Source of the DNA: Candidatus Hydrogenedentota bacterium
GTDB taxonomy: Bacteria; Hydrogenedentota; Hydrogenedentia; Hydrogenedentales; SLHB01
Reading direction: 5' to 3'
DNA: 64,000 bases
Assembly: GCA_016209895.1 (NCBI GenBank)
Contig: JACQVH010000109.1
Coordinates: forward strand, 8,732 to 72,731
Part shown: piece after piece, positions 1 to 9,412 of the stretch
Layout of the letters: each line of letters starts with the position of its first letter
How positions within the stretch are numbered: the stretch's first letter is position 1
Notes under the pieces: model-generated
What the model saw: only the letters and a program-made list of their open reading frames with translations
Told to the model about the DNA's origin: nothing
Database searches by the model: none
Position numbers and translations under genes: made by a program

Positions 1-36
1 TGGGAACATGCGTCGCGACTCACGAAGCGGGGTGGC

Positions 37-1377
37 ATGACCTCGGAATGGGCCAACTTCGACAACGGCGTCTGGATCGGCTACACGACCCCGGACACGG
101 TCACCGCATTCCAGTGCGGAGAGTCCGAAGCGCCTTCCTCGGCGTATACCCAGGCATGCGCGGGTCGCCTGGCGGGGAACGATTCGGCCCTCGGGCAGAC
201 TAACTCCGCGCTGCAGTTTCAGCCGACCTCCGACGGCAACGCCACCGTATACGTCGCTTTCGGGGAAAGGCAGTCAGATGTGTCGGCGCTCCTCGATTAT
301 GCTCACGACCGCGGCTTTGGCAGCCTGCGCCACGAAACTGAGACGTACTGGCGGGAGTGGCTGGCGCGCGCCACGTTGCCAAATACCCAGGATAGCGAAT
401 TGCTTGATCTCTGCCGACAGTCGCTGATGGCGATGGCCATGGCGATGGACCGCTACTCTGGGGCGATGATTCGGGCTCCTTTTACGCAGCCGCCCCTAGC
501 CCTGGACTGGCCCCGCCACGGCGCGTGGATGACCTATGCCTGGGACATGGCCGGTTTTCACGATCTCGCCGAAAAACACGCCCTGTTCTACGTGGATTGC
601 TTCCGCAAAACGTCGCAACGCGGCAAGCCGCTCGGTTCGTTGCCGGCGGCACTCTTTGCGGATCGAACAGAAGCACTCCCGCATCTCGTTCTTGACCTCC
701 AGGCCGTGGCTTGGACCTTGTGGTCGTTTTGCCGCCATGCGGAATTTCTGGACCCGGAATCGCAGGAAGCCTTTCTTTCGAAAGTGTGGCCAGGTTTCGA
801 TTTGGGGGCCGAATTCCTTGTCGCGTGGAAGGATGATCGCTCAGGGTTGCCGCTTCATGCGTTCGATCCGACGGTATGGCGCGACGCGCAAACACCCAAC
901 GACTTACTTTGCGCCTATATGGGTATGGACTGTGCCGTCGCTATCGCGAAACGTCTTCGTTATGATCGGCCAAATTGGGAACAGCGAAGCCGGGAGTTGG
1001 AGAGTTTGGCTCGATACCACTGCTTCGATGCCGCAGGCCAGTGGCGTATCGAGAACCCGATCCGATTCTGGGCCACCGCCGTCGTGCCCCTCGATGACCC
1101 GCGCTGGGACGCACCGGCCGACAACGCCTTGCAGGAGTTGCCTTCGCTCGACGGTTACGCTGCCGCGCGAACCCTCTGCGACCTCGCCGCCCTCTGGCAG
1201 AACCGTCCCGACCGCCTGGCGCAACTGCGGCCGCATCTCGCGCCAACGCTCGGGCAGATACTTCCATTTCCATCGTTGCAAACAACTGGGTTTGCACCAA
1301 GCAGGGTGCCCGACACTGTAGACACAAGCCTCTGCTATATTTCGGCGCTCTTGGCCTTTCCAGCCTCAACGAGGTAA
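37..1377 (+). CDS. Six-hairpin glycoside hydrolase-like protein (GH15/glucoamylase-like fold suspected). The frame is open back to the window start, so the gene may be 5'-partial.
   Basis: A 446-aa ORF with GC-rich codon usage. A Trp/Asp-rich stretch (DWPRHGAWMTYAWDMAGF...) resembles (alpha/alpha)6 glycosidase catalytic domains. The family assignment is from memory of motifs only. Confidence 0.4.
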   Translation: MTSEWANFDNGVWIGYTTPDTVTAFQCGESEAPSSAYTQACAGRLAGNDSALGQTNSALQFQPTSDGNATVYVAFGERQSDVSALLDYAHDRGFGSLRHETETYWREWLARATLPNTQDSELLDLCRQSLMAMAMAMDRYSGAMIRAPFTQPPLALDWPRHGAWMTYAWDMAGFHDLAEKHALFYVDCFRKTSQRGKPLGSLPAALFADRTEALPHLVLDLQAVAWTLWSFCRHAEFLDPESQEAFLSKVWPGFDLGAEFLVAWKDDRSGLPLHAFDPTVWRDAQTPNDLLCAYMGMDCAVAIAKRLRYDRPNWEQRSRELESLARYHCFDAAGQWRIENPIRFWATAVVPLDDPRWDAPADNALQELPSLDGYAAARTLCDLAALWQNRPDRLAQLRPHLAPTLGQILPFPSLQTTGFAPSRVPDTVDTSLCYISALLAFPASTR

Positions 1378-1389
1378 TATCTTAGGGCA

Positions 1390-1602
1390 ATGAAAGAAAA
1401 AACCGAACGGACAGAACGTATTTCCGAAGGGTTGATCCAGGTGTGGGCGTGGAAAGACGCGATCCATCGTGAAGTTGCCCACCTACCTACCGAGGAAGCG
1501 CTCAGGGCCATTCAAGACAAGGCACAGGCCGTAGCCGCCAAGTACCCCCAGCTTCGCCGGACAAAACCCACAACACTTCATTCGGACGAATCGAGGAAGT
1601 AA
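1390..1602 (+). CDS. Small hypothetical protein (70 aa)
   Basis: ORF only; no recognisable domain. Confidence 0.2.
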   Translation: MKEKTERTERISEGLIQVWAWKDAIHREVAHLPTEEALRAIQDKAQAVAAKYPQLRRTKPTTLHSDESRK

Positions 1603-1889
1603 ATCGGCTCTACGGGGGAAGAGACGCCGTTCCTCGCCGTTCATCTTATCGTAGAAACGCTTCCAGGGTTCGGTAGAACGGTTAGAGTCGATCAATTCCC
1701 CAAGAAGGCCGCGGTGTCTCGGCCGCCGCAATTCAAGTCGCTTCGCGCGGTAACATGAACGATTGGCGAATTTTCCTGAACGTGTGGAAAAGTACGGCCT
1801 ATTTATGTTGGAATGGCTGAGGTTGCGGAAATGTTTGTGCATGGAAGTGCCGACAATTACCGGATGATCCTGGAGAAGAACTGGCGACG

Positions 1890-4880
1890 ATGCAGAAGAA
1901 ACTAATCGGAACCTTTGTCAAATTGACCGTGACGAGCGGTCTGTTCATCTTGCTTTTTCGGCCCCATACGTTCGGGCTGCGTCCAGACCTTTTCGGTGGC
2001 GTAACGCCCGCCAAGATGCTGGCCGAATTGGGCCAGGCGCAGGCGCACAATTTGGTACCCTGGCTGTTGTTTGCGACGCTGATCAAACTCTGCGGGATCA
2101 TGTGCGGCGTCTTCCGCTGGCGGCTGCTCTTGCAAGGACAAGGTCTGCGCATCCCGTTCTGGTATCTGGTGCAGAGTTGGTTTGTGGGGCGCTACATCGG
2201 CATTTTCCTACCGAGCACGATTGGTCTCGATGGATACCGTCTCTACGATTCCATTAAGTACACCGGCGACATCGTGCGACCGACCGTGGTAATTGCCGTG
2301 GAGAAACTGATCGGCGTGATCGCCCTGACGTTCCTGGTGTTCGTCACGTTTCCGCTCGGTTTCCGTCTCGTGCACATGAACGTGGTCATCCTGGTGGTCA
2401 GCCTCATGTTTTTGGGGACGCTGGTGATGACGGCATTTCTGCTGCTCTTGAATCCGCGGATCATCCAAGTATTGGTTGGGGTCTTCCCCACGCCCGCGCC
2501 GATTGCCTCCAAATTGAACAAGCTTGGGGCGGCGGTCACGGCGTACAGCGGGAACCGAGCCCTCTTGATGAAGGCGGTGTTCCTGGGCCTGATGGTCCAC
2601 GTCGCCTCCTGTCTCGTCTATTTCGGGACGATGATGGCCCTGCGCGCCGAGAACACGACGTTAACCGACATCCTCTTTGCCAGTCCGCTCATGATTTACG
2701 GCACGGTGCTGGGTCCGTCCATCGGCGGCGAAGGTATTCGCGAGATCGTGTTCGTGACCCTGCTCGGCGCGACGAGCGGGGCCGCGATGGCCGCGCTCAT
2801 TGGGCACCTCGGTTGGTGGACCGGCGACGTGGTTCCGTTTCTCATCGGCGCGCCCATCTTTATTTTCCGTTCCTCGAGCGCCCGCCGTGAAGACTTGGTT
2901 GACTCCGTCAAGACCGCCATGCGCCGTTTCGCGGAGGGAGAAGGCGAGCACCCGCAGTTGTCCCCCGAAACTCTGCTCGATTATCGTACGAAGCTGATTG
3001 ACTGCCTGATCGCCTGCGGCTTGGGCGGCCTGATCGCGGGGGCGCTGCTGGGACTTACCGAAGCGACATGGCTGGTGCGCTTCGTGGGTAATTTAACCGA
3101 ACTGGGCGCATTCTGGTGGGGACCGGCGGCATACGGTGTTCTGTTCGTGGCCGCCGGATTGGCGATCGCCGGCGTGCTGGCCTTCGCATTTCTGATCTTT
3201 GATCGCTTCTTCAAACCGACGACCACGTTCGCTCTGACTTTAGGCGCCTCGCTGGCCGCCGGGCTTCTTATCGTGGGGCGGTTTCGTTTCAATCGAGATA
3301 TCCTTCACGAGCACGGCCTTTCGCGGATGCAAGACGGGGCCGTACTCGGGATCTCATTGGTCGGGGGCATGGTTGTGGCCGCGATACTTTGGATCGTCAT
3401 TTCCCGTGTACGCACGGGACGCGCGAAAGCCGTGGGTATCGGCGTGGTGTGCTATCTCTGCCTCATCGGTGGCGGCGCGCTCTGGGCGTCCATCGTCAAG
3501 CCGAAAGATTCTGCCGCCGCATTCGTTCCCAAGACCGGCGCGTCCGGACCCAACGTCATCCTGATCGTGGCGGACACATTGCGCGCAGACGCGTTACGCC
3601 TTTACAGTGGTCGTGCGCGCGCCCGCACGCCGAGCCTCGAAGCATTGGCCGCTGACGGCGTCTTATTCCAGAATGGCTTCGCCCAAGCGTCGTGGACGAA
3701 GGCATCGTTCGCCACCATTTTTACGGGTCAATATCCCGAAGGACATACGGCGACCGGAAAACAATCTCAACTGCCGGCCGATAGGGACACCTTGGCTGAA
3801 CTCTTGTCCGAAAAGGGCTATTTCACGAAAGGATTCTCCAATAACGGCAACATTTCCAAGACATTCAATTTCCAGCAGGGGTTTGTGGACTACACCGACC
3901 TCGAGCCGAATCGGTACTTCGGGGCGACCCCTTCGTCGGCAAAGATGATCCTTTATGAAGTGCTGCGGCGGGTGCGCGGTAAAATCTTTAAGCGTATGGT
4001 GGTCACCGATTTTTATCAGCCGGCCGAGTCGGTATCGGAAGTCGCGCTGGGTTGGCTCGATAAGCGCGGCACCGCACCGAATAGTCCATTCTTCTTGTTC
4101 CTGCACTATATGGACCCGCACGATCCCTATATGGATCGGACGGAGCCGGGCATCGGCTATGCGCGGCGGGACATGGAGAATCCGGACCCGGGAAAATTCC
4201 TGGACAAGATGCGGGTCGCGTATGACGGTGAGATCGAATACATGGATCAGCACCTGGGCACACTCTTTGACGGCCTCCGACAGCGCGGTCTGTATGATGG
4301 TTCGATCATCGTGTTCACTTCGGACCACGGCGAGGAGTTTTTCGAGCACCACGGCTGGTGGCACGGGCAGACCCTGTATGACGAGCAAATCCACATTCCG
4401 CTCATCATCAAGCTTCCGGCAAACAATCAAGCGGGCGCGGTGAAGACCGGCTTTGCGCGTCACGTAGACATCGCCCCTACGTTACTGCAGCTCGCCGGTG
4501 TCTCGCCGAGTGCAAAGATGAACGGCAAGTCTCTCTTAGGGGCGGATAACGCGCCGGCCAACGCTGACATCCCGTTCGTTTACGCGGAAGAAGATTTCGA
4601 AGGCAACGTGCTGCAGGCCGCCCGCACAACCTCCGCCAAAGTGATCCAGGCCAATCCGGATAACCCCCGCAAATTGGCGCCGGTCGAGCTTTACGACGTC
4701 GAGGCTGATCCTGGTGAACAGAACAACCTGGCCGGAAAATCCGACCCGCGCGAGCCCGAACTGCTGGGCACGATCAGCGAAATGCAGGCCCTCATAAAGC
4801 AGGGCGCGGCCGAGTCGGTGGAGACGGATATTCCGCCGGAGTTGCAGGAGCAGATAAAAGGCATCGGCTATCTCCAGTAG
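1890..4880 (+). CDS. Polytopic membrane protein with an N-terminal flippase-like domain (UPF0104 / lysyl-phosphatidylglycerol-synthase TM type), then an LtaS-like 5-TM block and a C-terminal sulfatase/alkaline-phosphatase-superfamily domain
   Basis: A 996-aa ORF. The N-terminus has about 8 hydrophobic helices with the R..LL.G / GxxxxPxxxGxDxxR signature of MprF-type flippase domains. The middle region has further TM helices. The C-terminal part carries sulfatase-family motifs (ILIVADTLRAD with Thr as nucleophile, FTSDHGEEF, GKSLLG). Confidence 0.7.
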   Translation: MQKKLIGTFVKLTVTSGLFILLFRPHTFGLRPDLFGGVTPAKMLAELGQAQAHNLVPWLLFATLIKLCGIMCGVFRWRLLLQGQGLRIPFWYLVQSWFVGRYIGIFLPSTIGLDGYRLYDSIKYTGDIVRPTVVIAVEKLIGVIALTFLVFVTFPLGFRLVHMNVVILVVSLMFLGTLVMTAFLLLLNPRIIQVLVGVFPTPAPIASKLNKLGAAVTAYSGNRALLMKAVFLGLMVHVASCLVYFGTMMALRAENTTLTDILFASPLMIYGTVLGPSIGGEGIREIVFVTLLGATSGAAMAALIGHLGWWTGDVVPFLIGAPIFIFRSSSARREDLVDSVKTAMRRFAEGEGEHPQLSPETLLDYRTKLIDCLIACGLGGLIAGALLGLTEATWLVRFVGNLTELGAFWWGPAAYGVLFVAAGLAIAGVLAFAFLIFDRFFKPTTTFALTLGASLAAGLLIVGRFRFNRDILHEHGLSRMQDGAVLGISLVGGMVVAAILWIVISRVRTGRAKAVGIGVVCYLCLIGGGALWASIVKPKDSAAAFVPKTGASGPNVILIVADTLRADALRLYSGRARARTPSLEALAADGVLFQNGFAQASWTKASFATIFTGQYPEGHTATGKQSQLPADRDTLAELLSEKGYFTKGFSNNGNISKTFNFQQGFVDYTDLEPNRYFGATPSSAKMILYEVLRRVRGKIFKRMVVTDFYQPAESVSEVALGWLDKRGTAPNSPFFLFLHYMDPHDPYMDRTEPGIGYARRDMENPDPGKFLDKMRVAYDGEIEYMDQHLGTLFDGLRQRGLYDGSIIVFTSDHGEEFFEHHGWWHGQTLYDEQIHIPLIIKLPANNQAGAVKTGFARHVDIAPTLLQLAGVSPSAKMNGKSLLGADNAPANADIPFVYAEEDFEGNVLQAARTTSAKVIQANPDNPRKLAPVELYDVEADPGEQNNLAGKSDPREPELLGTISEMQALIKQGAAESVETDIPPELQEQIKGIGYLQ

Positions 4881-4924
4881 CGGGCAGTCCGTTAGATCAT
4901 GAGCTTGGAGGGGGAGTTTCCTGT

Positions 4925-7441
4925 GTGAAAAGACAGGCACAGATATGGCGTTCGGGAATAGTTGGTCTATTGCTCCAGACGACACTCTCGTCCATTTTCG
5001 CTGCACCTCCGGAGAGCGCAACTCAGAATGGGGTTTTGCGCTTTTCGTATTGGGCCAACCAGGAAGAGCACGTCAATATGTGGCGGCCCATCATCCGCGG
5101 ATTCGAAGCGGAGTATCCTGCCGTCGCGGTAAAACCGGAATGGTACCTCGGCGATTATGGCCGCAAGCTTCAGATGGTGTTCATCACCAACACCGCCACC
5201 GACGTCATCCTGATGGACGACGAGATTTATCCTTCTTACGGTGTCCGCGGTTATCTGGAAGACCTCCGGCCTTACATCGAGCGACGCAGCGACGAGATCG
5301 AACGTCTCCTGTCGGATGAACTGCATTACCTGGCCACGTCTCCGGCACAGCGCGATCCCGGATTCCGGAGGCGATTTATGCCCACGAGCTTGGAAAGCTT
5401 TGATTATCGCGGATTCCTGGGCGGACTGCCGTGGGCCGGCTTCGCCGTCATCATGTTCTACAACAAAGACCTGTTTGATCGGGACAGCATTCCGTACCCG
5501 CAAGACGGCTGGACTTGGGACGACTTCCGTCGAGTCGCCCGCCAACTTACCAAGGACCTCGATGGCGACGGTCGCACCGACCAGTTTGGCACCAACATAT
5601 TCTTCGAGTTCCTACCTTTGGAGCCGTTGGTCTGGAGTTACGGCGGCGATTTTCTCAACGCCGACAATACCCGAAGCTCCATCCAGGAACCAGCGGGCCT
5701 GCAAGCGGTCCGGTTCGTCTACGACATGAAGTACCAAGACCATTCAATTGCCTTATCGGGAGAGCTGGGCCTCTTCGCTCCCGAGATTCAATTGTTAACC
5801 GGACGCCTGGCGATGGTGCCCGGCGCCTCGTACGGGGTGCCCACCCTTAACCGCGTCACGGAGGGACTCCGCTGGGGCATTGCGCATATGCCCCGGGGTC
5901 CGGCTGGTAAACGTTACACGCGCGTCACGTGGAACGGCATTTCCATGTATCGGTATGCCGCACCCGACAAGAAGGAATGGGCCTGGAAGTTCATCAAACA
6001 AATGCTCAGCGACCGGGTTCAGACGTCGGTCGGCAAGGCGCAGCGGGGCATTCCGGTGCGCCGTGAATTGGCCTATGAGACGTATGCGAATCCCAATACG
6101 CCCGCGGAAGAAGAGACCGTATTGGAAGCGACCGAATATGGCAGGCTGACGCCGATCACACCGCGCTACATGGAACTGCGCGAAGCCATCACGAGCGAGT
6201 TTTCTGCTCTAAACGTGGCCGAGGTCACCGGTGTTACGCCCGAGGCCGCCGTGAAACGCGCTGCGCCCAAGATCGATCGCGTGCTGTCCAAGGATTTGGC
6301 CGAATGGGGACACGCCACTATCAATCGCACCCCGTCCGAAAGCGGCGCCTCCTCCGTGTTCAAAGCCCTGAGCATCGCCGTGCTCCTACTCGTGGGTGGC
6401 TTCAGCGGACTAATGGCGGTCCCGCCGGTACGCCGCGGATTTCGCAGGCAGTGGGACGAAGCGTGGGTCCTCGTGCGAAGTCGTCGGGGCCGCGGCCAAA
6501 CGCTGGAAGGAATCTGCTTCGCCTCGCCCTGGCTGGCCGGACTCTGCCTGTTTACGGCGTTTCCCATCTTGTTCAGCATCGTGCTCAGCTTCTGCGAATG
6601 GGACCCTTACAAACCCATGTCCGAGATAAAGTACATCGGCCTCGCCAATTTCCACCGGGCGTTTTCGAGCGACCCCATGTCCGGCGACCCCCTAGTCGGC
6701 AAGGCGCTGTACAACACGCTGTACTACGCCTTTTTCGCCGTGCCGCTGGGCGTCGGCATTTCACTTTTCCTGGCGGTCCTGCTCAACCAGAAGATTCGGG
6801 GCATTACCCTATTCCGCACCGTGTTCTATCTGCCGAGCATCGTGTCGGGGGTGGCCACGGTCATTCTGTGGACCTTCATTTTCGACCCCATCTTCGGACC
6901 CTTGAACGGCGCCATTCGATCTCTTAACGTACTACTCGACAAGTCACACCTGTTGGCCTTCATCAATCTTCCGGAACCCATGTGGCTTAACGATCCGCAT
7001 TGGGCCAAACCCTCGATGGTGCTCATGAGCCTGTGGGGCGCGGGCGGCGCGGGGATGCTCGTCTTCCTGGCGGGACTGCAGGGCGTGCCGGATCAACTTT
7101 ACGAAGCCGCCGAACTCGACGGCGCCGGACGGCTGCGCAAGTTCTGGAACATTACGCTACCGATGTTGACGCCCACCATCTATTTCAACTTGCTGATGGG
7201 CGTCATCGGCGCGCTCAACGTGTTCATGCAGGCCTTCATCCTCACCAACGGCACCGGCGGCGTAGACTACTCGTTGCTCTTCTACGTGCTCCATCTTTAC
7301 AACAAGGCGTTCGTCGAGTTCGAGATGGGCTACGCCTCCGCCCTGGCCTGGATTCTCTTCGCAATCATTATGGGCTTCACGCTGTTGATCATTCGCTCGA
7401 GTGCGCTCTGGGTCTACTACGAAGGAGAACGCCGACCATGA
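4925..7441 (+). CDS. Sugar ABC transporter: family-1 extracellular solute-binding protein fused in-frame to a MalF-like permease (GTG start)
   Basis: The N-terminal 470 aa or so look like a CUT1-type binding protein with a signal peptide (VLRFSYWANQEEH...). The C-terminal 350 aa form a 6-TM permease with the EAA motif (EAAELDGAGRLRKFWNITLP). There is no stop codon between the two parts. A GGAGGGGGAG ribosome-binding site sits upstream of the GTG start. Confidence 0.7.
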   Translation: MKRQAQIWRSGIVGLLLQTTLSSIFAAPPESATQNGVLRFSYWANQEEHVNMWRPIIRGFEAEYPAVAVKPEWYLGDYGRKLQMVFITNTATDVILMDDEIYPSYGVRGYLEDLRPYIERRSDEIERLLSDELHYLATSPAQRDPGFRRRFMPTSLESFDYRGFLGGLPWAGFAVIMFYNKDLFDRDSIPYPQDGWTWDDFRRVARQLTKDLDGDGRTDQFGTNIFFEFLPLEPLVWSYGGDFLNADNTRSSIQEPAGLQAVRFVYDMKYQDHSIALSGELGLFAPEIQLLTGRLAMVPGASYGVPTLNRVTEGLRWGIAHMPRGPAGKRYTRVTWNGISMYRYAAPDKKEWAWKFIKQMLSDRVQTSVGKAQRGIPVRRELAYETYANPNTPAEEETVLEATEYGRLTPITPRYMELREAITSEFSALNVAEVTGVTPEAAVKRAAPKIDRVLSKDLAEWGHATINRTPSESGASSVFKALSIAVLLLVGGFSGLMAVPPVRRGFRRQWDEAWVLVRSRRGRGQTLEGICFASPWLAGLCLFTAFPILFSIVLSFCEWDPYKPMSEIKYIGLANFHRAFSSDPMSGDPLVGKALYNTLYYAFFAVPLGVGISLFLAVLLNQKIRGITLFRTVFYLPSIVSGVATVILWTFIFDPIFGPLNGAIRSLNVLLDKSHLLAFINLPEPMWLNDPHWAKPSMVLMSLWGAGGAGMLVFLAGLQGVPDQLYEAAELDGAGRLRKFWNITLPMLTPTIYFNLLMGVIGALNVFMQAFILTNGTGGVDYSLLFYVLHLYNKAFVEFEMGYASALAWILFAIIMGFTLLIIRSSALWVYYEGERRP

Positions 7442-8301
7442 ATGCTGAGCGCATGGTCGGGCGCAGTCTGACTTCCGAACGGTGGTTTGGTCGCGCGTGG
7501 GGCCTCGCGCTTCTGGTGCTGTTGTCGGCGCTGTTCATCTTGCCGCTGCTCATCACTGCGAGCGACAGCATGAAAGACTTCATGGGCGTCTACGCGATGC
7601 CGCGCATCTGGATACCGCGTCCCCCCCACTTCGAGAATTTCCTGCATATCTTCACCATGATGCCGTTCCACCGGTTCTTCCTGAACACGCTGTGCATCAC
7701 CTCGTTGGCGCTCTTCGGCCAAGCCATTACCGCCAGCCTGGTCGGCTACAGTTTCGCGCGGTTGCGCTGGCCGTTCCGGGACGCGCTCTTTGTCGTGTTG
7801 CTCAGCACCATCATGCTGCCGCCCCAAGTCACATTGATCCCGGTCTTCATCATGTTCAACCAGATCGGTTGGGTGGATACGTGGCTGCCGCTGATCGTTC
7901 CGGCGTATTTCGGCGGCGGCGTTTTCAACATCTTCCTGATGCGTCAGTTCTTCAAGACCATCCCGCTTGACCTCGAAGAGGCCGCACAAATTGACGGATG
8001 CTCTACCCTGCGCATCTTCGCCACCATTATGGTGCCCCTCGCCAAGCCCGCCGTCGCTACCATCTGCGTGCTCGGATTCATCGGCCACTGGAACGACTTC
8101 CAAAACCCCCTCATCTACCTCTCTGACTACCTGAAGTACCCCATCTCCCTGGGCATCTGGATGTTCCGCAGCGCCGAAGTCATCTACGCCCATTACATTA
8201 TGGCCGCCAGCCTCGTAGCCGTACTCCCCGTCATCGTCCTCTTCTTCGCGGCACAACAATACTTCGTAAAAGGGATCGTGCTAACCGGGATCAAAGGATG
8301 A
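7438..8301 (+). CDS. Sugar ABC transporter permease, MalG-like
   Basis: The start ATG overlaps the upstream stop (ATGA). A 287-aa 6-TM protein with the EAA loop (EEAAQIDGCSTLRIFATIMVP). The ORF track start at 7000 is an upstream extension in this frame that overlaps the preceding gene. Confidence 0.8.
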   Translation: MNAERMVGRSLTSERWFGRAWGLALLVLLSALFILPLLITASDSMKDFMGVYAMPRIWIPRPPHFENFLHIFTMMPFHRFFLNTLCITSLALFGQAITASLVGYSFARLRWPFRDALFVVLLSTIMLPPQVTLIPVFIMFNQIGWVDTWLPLIVPAYFGGGVFNIFLMRQFFKTIPLDLEEAAQIDGCSTLRIFATIMVPLAKPAVATICVLGFIGHWNDFQNPLIYLSDYLKYPISLGIWMFRSAEVIYAHYIMAASLVAVLPVIVLFFAAQQYFVKGIVLTGIKG

Positions 8302-8392
8302 TTAGCAGAGTGCGAAGCGCAAAGGATGAAGTGTGAAGTCTGAAGGACGAAGCGTGCAGTCAGGACCGAGACGGGCGTGGACACGACGGCGA

Positions 8393-9412
8393 TTACGACG
8401 TAGTGCGAAGGAGGAGGCGGGCCTCGCCCAGCGTGAATGTGAAGATATCGGTGGCCACAGCCAAGTTGGTATGGTAGCCGGAGTTCTTGGTGGTTTGCTG
8501 GCGAATGACGGCGATGTCCACATCGTTTTCGCGCTTGGGTTCAACGACGATCCGGGCTCGGCCGGAAGCGCCTTTAGCGAGGGCTGTGAGCCAGTTTCCC
8601 TGAGGCGCGGGGGGAGGTTTGACAGGTAAGCCGCCAAATGCCGGCCGGGCCACAAGCACGCAGTAGAAGTAAGGATAATCCGTTCCCTGAACGCTGTTTA
8701 TTGAAATTTGCATCTGCAGCCCCAGAAAATCCGGCGGTCCTTCATGAAACATCAGGATGGCCTTCACGTCTGTGGGTATCTCGCCGGAACCGTCCCGGGC
8801 TTTGGCGGTCTGTAACTGGTACTGAAACACTTCGCCGCTCTTCGCGCCGGAGGCGTTGAAGGCACTTTCGATATTCAGAAGCATCTCGGATTTCACGACA
8901 AGCCGATCATTTTTCAGGATTGAGCGCACGCCGGTTATCCAGAATGGAATCAGCATCACCGGCGCATTAATGAAGAGAAATGCCGTTCGTTCCGCCGAGG
9001 GACCCGACTGCGTCAGAACGAAGACGACGAATGCGAGTGCGCAGAGCGCCGCCGTAGCCAGAATACCGACGCGTCCGATGCCATTCGTGACATCAACGAG
9101 GTCTTGGTCCCATTTCTTCTGCTCCTTGTTGATGGTGATGATGCGTTGGATCTCCTCGCTACGCGCCGGTCGCCATTCCCGGGAGGCCGCTTCCGGTTCT
9201 GCCTTATTCTCGTATCCTTTGGTAAGAAGGAGGAGCACACCGGCAAAAACAAGAAGCAGGCCGATTCCTCGCGGGGGGCCGTCCAACCCAATCTGAATCG
9301 CCAGTCCGATCGTCATCAACAAGAACGACAGCGCGAGACGCGGACCATAGGGAAGGGACTTCGCGAGGTAGAAATGAATCTCGGCTCGTCGCTCAGCTTG
9401 TGGCAACAACAT
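8393..9412 (-). CDS. Hypothetical membrane protein (two TM helices, then a soluble domain); last gene of the radical SAM operon
   Basis: The ORF 8393..9634 was trimmed to the internal Met (MLLPQAERR...) so that it no longer overlaps the upstream radical SAM gene. Two hydrophobic helices are present. No known domain was recognised. Confidence 0.45.
   Translation of the reverse strand: MLLPQAERRAEIHFYLAKSLPYGPRLALSFLLMTIGLAIQIGLDGPPRGIGLLLVFAGVLLLLTKGYENKAEPEAASREWRPARSEEIQRIITINKEQKKWDQDLVDVTNGIGRVGILATAALCALAFVVFVLTQSGPSAERTAFLFINAPVMLIPFWITGVRSILKNDRLVVKSEMLLNIESAFNASGAKSGEVFQYQLQTAKARDGSGEIPTDVKAILMFHEGPPDFLGLQMQISINSVQGTDYPYFYCVLVARPAFGGLPVKPPPAPQGNWLTALAKGASGRARIVVEPKRENDVDIAVIRQQTTKNSGYHTNLAVATDIFTFTLGEARLLLRTTS

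Noticed and set aside
3663-4463. 266-aa minus-strand ORF inside the sulfatase domain region
   Set aside because: It is antisense to the sulfatase-domain coding sequence, whose motifs are clear.
7417-8259. 280-aa minus-strand ORF, Asp/Glu/His-rich
   Set aside because: It is antisense to the MalG-like permease, whose TM and EAA motifs are unambiguous.
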